DNA from: Bdellovibrionales bacterium
GTDB lineage: Bacteria; Bdellovibrionota; Bdellovibrionia; Bdellovibrionales; UBA840
Direction: 5' to 3'
Assembly (NCBI GenBank): GCA_037969075.1
Contig: JBBKWS010000110.1
Coordinates: 1 to 31,617, forward strand
Length of the DNA: 31,617 bases
Made by a program: the position numbers and the translations under genes. Of this stretch, positions 8,087 through 15,380 are shown piece after piece (within the stretch, counting starts at the first letter, position 1; each line of letters opens with the position of its first letter). The notes under the pieces are model-generated. The model was given only the letters and a program-made list of their open reading frames with translations. It searched no databases and had not been told where the DNA came from.

Positions 8087-9118
8087 GTGAAACACTTTAA
8101 ACTTATTAGCATCCTATGTGTTGCTCTAGGTGTATCAGCAGCTCATGCTGAGACAAAAGTTAGTGGTGAGTATTTTGGTAACTTAACTTACGAACTAGAT
8201 AACGGTAAGACTGGTACTGACGATAACACTGTTGGTTACGGTTTTAACACTGAAAGAGCTCGCGTTGCTGTTGAGCATTCTTTTAATGACAGCTGGTCAG
8301 CTACTTTAATGGTAGATGCTTCTGGTGCTACTAATGATGCTATGTTCAACAGAGCATTCATTACTGCAAAAAATTGGTTGTCTGATGGTCATACAATGAT
8401 GTTTGGTAAGCAAGAAAACGCATACAAAAGAATGTGGGAAGCTCAGAACGCTCGTTGGATCCATGAAGACCTAACTTCTGGTCACGTATCAGATCTAAAC
8501 ACTCACTTCGGAACTGCTACTTCTGCTCACCTAGGTGATTTTTCTGGTTTAAACTACAACGTTGCTCTTAATGATATGTGGCAAGTTGAAGTAAGCTTGA
8601 ACAATGGTCAAACACAAGATCAAACTACAGATTCATTTGGTTACGGTTTAACTGTAATGGGTAAATTCTCTGATCAACTTAGCTTATTAGTTGGTTACGA
8701 TATGGCTCAAGATTACAACACTAACGCTAATGATGATGATGCTGATTCTGCTGCATCAGGTTTAACTGCTTTAAGAGTTAACCTTGGTTACACTTCAGAT
8801 ATGGTTGATGCTGGTTTTGAATATGCTATGTGGGATTACAATGAACACGATGGCGTAGCAACAGCTGTTGACGGTGTAAGCGCTATGGCTGTTAATGCTA
8901 CTTGGAAGTATGCTGAAGCAAAGGGTGTATTTTTAAAGTACGCTATGTTTGATTCTGACTACAGCGATAACATCGGTACTGAGAGTGAAATGACTGTTGG
9001 TCACACTTGGATGCTTGATAAAGGCATTAACACTGGTGTGTTCTATGTTGCTTCAACTGATGATGATTCTGACAATGATGCTTCTGCTATCATGTGGAAA
9101 TGGGCTGCTAATTTCTAA
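8087..9118 (+). CDS. Putative porin / outer-membrane beta-barrel protein
   Basis: SD AAGGAGG, GTG start, signal peptide ending AHA, amphipathic beta strands, C-terminal WKWAANF (BAM-type terminal Phe), own terminator. Confidence 0.8.
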   Translation: MKHFKLISILCVALGVSAAHAETKVSGEYFGNLTYELDNGKTGTDDNTVGYGFNTERARVAVEHSFNDSWSATLMVDASGATNDAMFNRAFITAKNWLSDGHTMMFGKQENAYKRMWEAQNARWIHEDLTSGHVSDLNTHFGTATSAHLGDFSGLNYNVALNDMWQVEVSLNNGQTQDQTTDSFGYGLTVMGKFSDQLSLLVGYDMAQDYNTNANDDDADSAASGLTALRVNLGYTSDMVDAGFEYAMWDYNEHDGVATAVDGVSAMAVNATWKYAEAKGVFLKYAMFDSDYSDNIGTESEMTVGHTWMLDKGINTGVFYVASTDDDSDNDASAIMWKWAANF

Positions 9119-9143
9119 TTTGATTTAGAGATTATTAGTTTAT

Positions 9144-9172
9144 GAGGCACTCTTCGGAGTGCCTTTTTTTTT
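9144..9172 (+). terminator. Rho-independent terminator of the porin gene
   Basis: GAGGCACTC-TTCG-GAGTGCCTT (cUUCGg loop) running into a long T tract. Confidence 0.93.
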
Positions 9173-9254
9173 GGTTTTTTCTTATCCGGTTCTATATTTC
9201 TTGTTCGTACATCGGACAAACCTTTTCTCCTTATTAAATTAAAACTACTACATC

Positions 9255-9271
9255 TTGGCCGGCCATTTGCT
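9255..9271 (+). promoter_or_regulatory. Sigma54 (-24/-12) promoter
   Basis: TTGGCCGGCCATTTGCT: GG at 9257-58, exactly 10 nt, GC at 9269-70; about 50 nt upstream of the 9323 start. Confidence 0.7.
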
Positions 9272-9322
9272 CTGCATAAGTTGAACTTTATTTTTTAAAT
9301 TTACTAAACCGGAGCAGGGCAG

Positions 9323-9709
9323 ATGACGATAGATATGATAGAAAGTGTGAGAGCACTAGAAAAAGTGGGATTTAAACGAGAGCAGGCGGAAGCGCAGGTG
9401 GTGACGATGAATCAACATACTAAAGACTTAGCTACTAAAGCAGAGATGAGCGCAGAGTTTGAGAAGGTTCGGTCTGAAATGCATTTTGGGTTCAAAGAGA
9501 TTCGCTCCGAAATGCGCAGTGGGTTTAAAGAGATTCGTGCTGAAATGGATGCCGGTTTTAAAGAAATGCGCTACGAGATGAAATCCTTTTTGACCACTAA
9601 GAAATTTCTATGGATTACGACAGCAGTTTTTACGTTATTTGCTACATTCTTAACAATTGTATTGAGTTTATTAGAGTTTAGACATGAGCTGCTTAATTTA
9701 CTTCGTTAG
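9323..9709 (+). CDS. DUF1640/CCDC90-like membrane-anchored coiled-coil protein
   Basis: Head motif D....V..LE..GF..EQAEA, neck DLATK, 11-residue repeat stalk, C-terminal hydrophobic helix; GGAG SD. Confidence 0.75.
   Translation: MTIDMIESVRALEKVGFKREQAEAQVVTMNQHTKDLATKAEMSAEFEKVRSEMHFGFKEIRSEMRSGFKEIRAEMDAGFKEMRYEMKSFLTTKKFLWITTAVFTLFATFLTIVLSLLEFRHELLNLLR
9443..9580 (+). repeat. About four degenerate 33-bp (11-aa) coding tandem repeats, EMxxGFKEIRx
   Basis: EM dipeptide at residues 41, 52, 63, 74 and 85; the nucleotide unit gggtt(c/t)aaagagattcg recurs. Confidence 0.85.
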
Positions 9710-11042
9710 ATTCAACGAATTTTGTAAATGCTTCTTTTGCCAAGCTGAGTTGCAGCTCTTTCTTTTTATCTTTTGGTAACTTCTTTTTTCCGTTTAAGTG
9801 TTCTTCACCTAATGGTGGAAATAATCCAAAATTAATATTTGTCGGCTGAAAATTATCTTTATCTTCTTTAGTGATAGCATAAAGTAGAGAGCCCATCGCA
9901 CTTGCTCGCGGAGGAAGAGTAGGTGTTTTATTTTGTAGCTTCTCGGTTAGAAATCTGGAAACCAATAATCCAATGCAAGTCGAATCAAAATACCCCTCTA
10001 CGCCGGTGATTTGGCCTGCAAAAAATAAGAGTGGGTCTTTTTTGCTAGAGAGATCTTCATTTAAAAGTTTTGGGGAATTGATATAAAGATTACGGTGAAT
10101 GCTTCCCAATTTTAAAAACTCAGCATTTTCTAGCCCTGGGATCGTACTAAAAACTCTTTTTTGTTCAGGGTAAGCCATCTTAGTTTGAAACCCTACAATG
10201 TTGTATGCTGTAGCGGCCTTATTGTCTTGCCTAAGTTGTACAACTGCATATGGCCATCTTCCAGTTTTAGGATCATCTAGGCCTTTCCCGCTCATGGGGC
10301 CAAAGCGGGGAGTATCAATGCCCCTTCTAACAATTTCTTCGATGGGCATACAGGCATCAAAAAATGGAGTGTCTTTTTCAAATTCTTTAGGTTCAATCTT
10401 TCTAGCGTTTTGTACCTCTTCAATGAACGCATAGTACTGCTCTTTATTCATTGGGCAGTTGATGTAATCATCTCCACCTTTTCCCCAACGGGATGCTTTA
10501 AAGGCAATATCCATATTAATACTGTCAGCATCGATGATGGGTGCGATGGCATCAAAGAAATATAAGAATTGGTCAGTTCCAAAATGATTTGAAATACTTG
10601 TCGCTAAGCTAGTGTGTGTTAGAGGTCCAGTGGCAACGATAGTTGGTCTAGGTACGTCGTTGATATCTTCAACAACCCTTTCGATCACCGTAATATTTGG
10701 ATGAGAATGAACTTTATTATGAATGATGTTAGCAAACACTTCCCGGTCTACTCCTAAGGCCATGCCTGAGGGCACCTGCGCCTCAAGGGCGGCTTGCAAA
10801 ATGTAAGAGTTAAGAAGGGCAGCCTCCCATTTGAGTTGCCCAGGGGCAGCGTAATCCATCGTAGAGCCAAAAGAATTAGAGCAAACTAATTCAGCACATT
10901 GGTTTGTTTTGTGAGCAGGCGTCATTGTGCCGCCTCGCATTTCATATAAAGAGACTTTAAAACCCTTGTCAGCTAACTGCAGTGCGCATTCGCTACCGGC
11001 AAGACCTGCTCCAATAATATGTACTGTATTTGAAACTTCCAT
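9693..11042 (-). CDS. trmFO: Methylenetetrahydrofolate--tRNA-(uracil-54-C5)-methyltransferase
   Basis: GAGLAGSE, ELVCSNS, FFDAIAPI, AVVQLRQDN, GQITGVEGY, FQPTNINFGL. Confidence 0.97.
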   Translation of the reverse strand: MEVSNTVHIIGAGLAGSECALQLADKGFKVSLYEMRGGTMTPAHKTNQCAELVCSNSFGSTMDYAAPGQLKWEAALLNSYILQAALEAQVPSGMALGVDREVFANIIHNKVHSHPNITVIERVVEDINDVPRPTIVATGPLTHTSLATSISNHFGTDQFLYFFDAIAPIIDADSINMDIAFKASRWGKGGDDYINCPMNKEQYYAFIEEVQNARKIEPKEFEKDTPFFDACMPIEEIVRRGIDTPRFGPMSGKGLDDPKTGRWPYAVVQLRQDNKAATAYNIVGFQTKMAYPEQKRVFSTIPGLENAEFLKLGSIHRNLYINSPKLLNEDLSSKKDPLLFFAGQITGVEGYFDSTCIGLLVSRFLTEKLQNKTPTLPPRASAMGSLLYAITKEDKDNFQPTNINFGLFPPLGEEHLNGKKKLPKDKKKELQLSLAKEAFTKFVESNEVN

Positions 11043-11060
11043 TGTGCTAACTCTTTATAT

Positions 11061-11474
11061 ATGGAGACAAAAAAACCACTACATTGGCTTAATAACCTTA
11101 AGCGCCGAAGTAAGCATGAGAGAAATGTCTCTAATTCTACAGAACTACTACAAAGTATTTTTCAAAATAGCAAGTCACCTTTAGGAAATGAGTTCCAACG
11201 CTGGAAACTCTGGATGCATTGGGAAAAAATTGTAGGAAAAGATATTTCTAAGCACTCCACCCCAGTTTCTTACCGAGATGGTAATTTATACGTGTGGGTT
11301 AAAAATTCAGTATGGATACAAGAATTATCGTTTTTGGCGGGCCCATTAAAAGATAAAATCAATGCTGATGTAGGTTGGACTTGGGTTCATAAAATTATTT
11401 TTACGACTGACCGCAAATCTGTTCCCACTGTAGAAGAAAGTTCTCAGGATCTGCGTGATTTCCTTTCCAAATAA
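11061..11474 (+). CDS. DUF721 / DciA-family protein (putative replicative helicase loader)
   Basis: WEKIVG..I..H..P.....G.L.V.V.NSVWIQEL matches the DUF721 pattern. Confidence 0.75.
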   Translation: METKKPLHWLNNLKRRSKHERNVSNSTELLQSIFQNSKSPLGNEFQRWKLWMHWEKIVGKDISKHSTPVSYRDGNLYVWVKNSVWIQELSFLAGPLKDKINADVGWTWVHKIIFTTDRKSVPTVEESSQDLRDFLSK

Positions 11475-12270
11475 TTTCCCAATGTAAGTGTGGAGCTTCG
11501 ACTCTGCCAGTTTTACCGGTTAAACCTAAAATTTGCCCAGCTTTAACACTGTCCCCTACATTCACGTTAATGTTACTCAAATGCATATATCTAGAAAATA
11601 GCCCCTCTCCGTGGGATAGAACAATAAGATTGCCAGGCGTTACCATGTGATCAGCAAATACAACTTTACCGTCAGCCATTGCACCAAGTGGAGTTGGCGT
11701 GTACGCCCTTAGATCAACACCAGTGTGATAATAAGAATGACCATTTGGCAAATATCTAGGGGAAGCAAATTTAGAAACTCGGTGTGAGGGCAGCGGGTGC
11801 TTCATACATTTAGGAAGATCAGTATTGTCCTCTGTAGATAAAACTGCATTCATCACTTCTCTATCTTTTTTTATCTGAGGGTTATGATTTACTTTTTTCC
11901 AAACAGCGGCGGGCAGGCGAAGTCGACTTGCATTTTTCAATAGTGGTCTGCGAACAATCAATCTTTGTGAAAGCCAAATCCTTGAGGGCTGTAACCAGTG
12001 ATAAGTGGTAATAGTTGAAAACTGATTGATGGTTTCACTTATGTTGGTGTTGAGACCCATAACGGCAAAAGATTTTTTTGCATTTATGGTTTCAAAACTT
12101 TTATTATTCATTAACCATTTTGTATTTGGAGGGGGAGAGGCAAAAATAAGCTCTCCTACTTCAAGTGAGTTTTGTGGAAGTAAGTATAATATGCTCTCGC
12201 GGTCCATCTTTAATAAAAAAGACGGAAAAAAGGTGATTATGCTAAATATGGCAATTTGAATTCCCCTCAT
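11401..12270 (-). CDS. M23-family metalloendopeptidase (peptidoglycan hydrolase)
   Basis: HTGVD (HxxxD), YMHLS, PHLHWE (HxH); hydrophobic N-terminus. Confidence 0.9.
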   Translation of the reverse strand: MRGIQIAIFSIITFFPSFLLKMDRESILYLLPQNSLEVGELIFASPPPNTKWLMNNKSFETINAKKSFAVMGLNTNISETINQFSTITTYHWLQPSRIWLSQRLIVRRPLLKNASRLRLPAAVWKKVNHNPQIKKDREVMNAVLSTEDNTDLPKCMKHPLPSHRVSKFASPRYLPNGHSYYHTGVDLRAYTPTPLGAMADGKVVFADHMVTPGNLIVLSHGEGLFSRYMHLSNINVNVGDSVKAGQILGLTGKTGRVEAPHLHWEIIWKGNHADPENFLLQWEQICGQS

Positions 12271-12309
12271 AGCTCCACTTTACTTAATGAAACTGAGGTA
12301 ATTCAATAC

Positions 12310-13092
12310 TTAATTCTCAGTTTCTCTTATAGATTCGCGTATGGCACTTTTAATTGGACTAACATTTTGCGGGCCAGCAAGTTGCTGTAGTTTTTTATAA
12401 AGTGTTGGATCATTGATGATGGCGCCTAAAGTACCACTTCCATTTTCTATTTTAGCTATAATTTGATGTAATTTGCTAATAGTTTGACGTATTTCTTGAC
12501 CACTTTTGTCCGTATTCAGGTCATTCGTAAAGATTTTAAGTTGTTCTGTTGTGGACTTAAGGTTGGTAATAATGTCTTTCATTTCATTATTGCCATTTAA
12601 GTCTTTTACCATATCTTTAAGGCCAGTGATGATTTCAAAGACCTCATTAATATTTGCACTTTTATCAGACAGAGCAGAAAATATATCTCCACCTTTTTCA
12701 GCGTCTAATACTCCATGATTAGCAATAGGTTGGTTGTCTTGTGGGCCAGGAGTAATAAATATAAACTTGTCTCCTAATGCGCCTTGGGTTCTGACTCCCG
12801 CTGTAGATCCAACTGTAATTCTGTCTTTAAATTTTGAATTGATTTCCATAACAACGGCTAACTGATAGCTTTCATCTTGAAATTCAATGCGAGATACATT
12901 TCCGATAGGCAGTCCCACAAGTTGTACAACACTTCCCTTGCTAATGCCTTGCACTTGCTTAAAGAAAACTTTTAGTTCGTAAGTAGAAGAAAATAGGGAT
13001 CTGTTACCGCCAATTACAAATACAACAGCGACTAGGGCGATAAACCCAATCATTACAAATAGACCTACTTTTTTTTCAGCGCTTGTAGCCAT
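12310..13092 (-). CDS. mlaD: MCE-domain (MlaD-family) periplasmic subunit
   Basis: KVGLFV plus TM helix, GISKGSVVQLVGLPIGNV, GALGDKFIFITPG, helical tail with GTLG. Start at 13092 has GGAG upstream; the ORF track starts at 13134. Confidence 0.88.
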   Translation of the reverse strand: MATSAEKKVGLFVMIGFIALVAVVFVIGGNRSLFSSTYELKVFFKQVQGISKGSVVQLVGLPIGNVSRIEFQDESYQLAVVMEINSKFKDRITVGSTAGVRTQGALGDKFIFITPGPQDNQPIANHGVLDAEKGGDIFSALSDKSANINEVFEIITGLKDMVKDLNGNNEMKDIITNLKSTTEQLKIFTNDLNTDKSGQEIRQTISKLHQIIAKIENGSGTLGAIINDPTLYKKLQQLAGPQNVSPIKSAIRESIRETEN

Positions 13093-13825
13093 TTTGCTTA
13101 ATCTCCCCATGTATAAAGCGGTAGATAACTCCACCTTTTTGTGTATCTAAGTCTGCCAACTTTCCGCAAGCTGCGATTTTTCCCTCTTCTAGGACCGCTA
13201 ATCTGTCACATACTGCAAATGCAGAAGGCATGTCATGTGTTACCAATATAGAAGTTACCCCTTTAGCTTTTAGCTGTAGGATGGTTTCTTGAATACGAAT
13301 AGTATTAAAAGGATCTAATCCAGCTGTTGGTTCATCGTATAAAATGATATCAGGGTCCAAAATAATAGCCCTAGCAAGACCCACACGCTTTTGCATGCCT
13401 CCAGAAAGACTCGCAGGCAATAAAGCTTCAGTCCCACTTAAACCAAATTCTTTTAAAGTATTCTGGATTTTATTTTTAATTTCTGGCTCTTTCATTTTTG
13501 TGTGTTCGCGTAGGGGGTAAGCTAAGTTCTCATACACACTCATTGAATCAAACAGTGCGCCACCTTGAAAGGCGTAGGCTACTTTTTTACGTATAGGAAG
13601 CAATTGCTCTTCTGTGTAGGGCACAACATCTTCGCCGTCGATAATAATTTTACCACTGTCAGCTTTTTCTAAACCAATCAGCGCTCTTAGGATCAAACTT
13701 TTTCCTGCGCCGGATCCACCAAGTAATCCCAGGCACTCACCTTTTTCTAAAGAGAAGCTCACACCTTTATGAATGGCGCGTTCTGTAAATGCTTTGTGAA
13801 AGTCGATCACTTCAATGTAACTCAT
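13076..13825 (-). CDS. mlaF: ABC ATPase, MlaF/Mkl family
   Basis: GGSGAGKS, FQGGALFDSM, LSGGMQKRVGLARA, YDEPTAGLDP. ATG at 13825 overlaps the mlaE stop (ATGA). Confidence 0.93.
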   Translation of the reverse strand: MSYIEVIDFHKAFTERAIHKGVSFSLEKGECLGLLGGSGAGKSLILRALIGLEKADSGKIIIDGEDVVPYTEEQLLPIRKKVAYAFQGGALFDSMSVYENLAYPLREHTKMKEPEIKNKIQNTLKEFGLSGTEALLPASLSGGMQKRVGLARAIILDPDIILYDEPTAGLDPFNTIRIQETILQLKAKGVTSILVTHDMPSAFAVCDRLAVLEEGKIAACGKLADLDTQKGGVIYRFIHGEIKQNGYKR

Positions 13826-14604
13826 TTTAATAACATCCAAAAAATCTTAGTAATAATAAAATTTAATACAAATAAAGAAATAGTACTTACAACAACCGCT
13901 CTAGTAGTAGCAATACCTACGCCTTGTGTACCGCCTTTTACACGCAAACCAAAGTGGCAAGAACAAATTGAGATGGCAAAAGCGAACACTACAGATTTAG
14001 TGAGGGCCATGATTAAATCAGGTAAGATTAAAATCTCGGTTGCCTTTTGATAGTAAAAACCACCATCTAAATTTAATTCAAGGCTACCAATTAATAAGCT
14101 TCCCCATATACCAATAATGATGGCAAATACGGTTAAAACAGGAAGGCAAATAACAAGTGCCAGTACTCTTGGGACTACAATCTTAACTATAGGAGAGGTT
14201 CCTAATGCACGAATAGCATCCACTTGTTGTGTGACTACCATGGAACCAATTTCTGAAGCGTAACCTGCTCCCACGCGACCGGCAACAACAAGCCCAGTAA
14301 ATACGGGAGCTAATTCTCTGATAAATGACAAGCTAACAATTTTTGGAACATAAAGTTGGCCACCAAATTTTTGTAAACCCAAACCAAACTGCAGGGCCAT
14401 TACCATCCCCGAACATAAAGCGGTAACGATAACTAATAAAAAAGATCTAACGCCAACTTGGTATATTTGATCTTGCAAGGGTTTTTTTTCGATTTTAGTA
14501 GAGAGGGCTGATTTCCAAAAATCTATGAAGAGTGTGGCTAGGCCCCCAGCCAACGACAAATACTTATCTGTTAAAAACTGAAGTTGTGTGGCAAGTGTAC
14601 TCAT
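13822..14604 (-). CDS. mlaE: ABC permease, MlaE family
   Basis: RELAPVFTGLVVAGRVGAGYASEIGSM...QVDAIRALG, GGTQGVGIATTRAVV. Start at 14604 (ATG) or 14607 (GTG), coupled to the upstream stop. Confidence 0.95.
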   Translation of the reverse strand: MSTLATQLQFLTDKYLSLAGGLATLFIDFWKSALSTKIEKKPLQDQIYQVGVRSFLLVIVTALCSGMVMALQFGLGLQKFGGQLYVPKIVSLSFIRELAPVFTGLVVAGRVGAGYASEIGSMVVTQQVDAIRALGTSPIVKIVVPRVLALVICLPVLTVFAIIIGIWGSLLIGSLELNLDGGFYYQKATEILILPDLIMALTKSVVFAFAISICSCHFGLRVKGGTQGVGIATTRAVVVSTISLFVLNFIITKIFWMLLK

Positions 14605-15089
14605 CACTTCACCTTAAAACTATTAATGAATTTAATAAAATGAGTATCATTTTCTTTTATACTGGATTTTTTACCGAAGTAACTAATTACGTACGAACAA
14701 TTATTTTTCTTAAATACGACTAACTTAATTGCAACTGCTATACCATCGACTAAGCCTTCGTATTCAGATTTTAAACCGACTCTATCGTTGTAATCAAATT
14801 TGTCTTCAATGATTTTTTTGGTGTCTTCAATACCATGTACGCTTTGATAGGTTAGGTCTTGAAAGCTGGGATCATATCGTTCGCTACAAGCTGTCTGCAG
14901 TGATAAGGCGTTACCGTTATGTTTATTTCTCCAGTATTGATCCATTCCTTCTTGATCTACTCGTATAAAAGGGACGGAAGGCACAACAAGGCTATAGGTT
15001 TTAGATTTCTCTAAAACAAGAGGCTTCTGTAGTTGTACAGAAACACAAGAGGTCAGTATCAATAGATGTAGCAAGTTGATCTTTTTCAT
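14604..15089 (-). CDS. Lipoprotein of unknown function, possibly PsbP/DcrB-like fold
   Basis: MKK, hydrophobic stretch and lipobox LTSC; second Cys pair; C-terminal F..FINSF helix resembles PsbP/DcrB-like proteins (fold inferred). Confidence 0.65.
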   Translation of the reverse strand: MKKINLLHLLILTSCVSVQLQKPLVLEKSKTYSLVVPSVPFIRVDQEGMDQYWRNKHNGNALSLQTACSERYDPSFQDLTYQSVHGIEDTKKIIEDKFDYNDRVGLKSEYEGLVDGIAVAIKLVVFKKNNCSYVISYFGKKSSIKENDTHFIKFINSFKVK

Positions 15090-15267
15090 AGTCCACACAT
15101 GTTGTTGATTTAAAATCGGCTGTTCAGCGTTAAGCTGTTAGAATTTCTCCTGTTTTTTTTGAAAAATAGACTTTTAACCTGTGTCATTGATTTGGCTAAG
15201 TGCCAAGGTTTTTTGGTCTGGAATGTAATCTACTCAAATATGAGTGTAAATAGCGGCCCGCGTTTCC

Positions 15268-15284
15268 TTGGCATTGTTTCTGCT
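15268..15284 (+). promoter_or_regulatory. Sigma54 (-24/-12) promoter of the flagellar operon
   Basis: TTGGCATTGTTTCTGCT: GG at 15270-71, 10 nt, GC at 15282-83. Confidence 0.72.
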
Positions 15285-15380
15285 CTTATTAGTATTGGGA
15301 ACAATAAGCAATTGCTACCAATATGGTAAGTGGTTGTAAACATAGGGGAACTAAGAAACATGCTATTTTTAAGAGCTGCA

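Noticed and set aside
9443..9580. 33-bp repeats as a CRISPR array
   Set aside because: No spacers; the repeats are in-frame, degenerate at synonymous sites, and no cas genes are present.
15113..15141. Minus-strand GCCGATTT as a sigma28 promoter for the mla operon
   Set aside because: No -35 element at the correct spacing; weak match.
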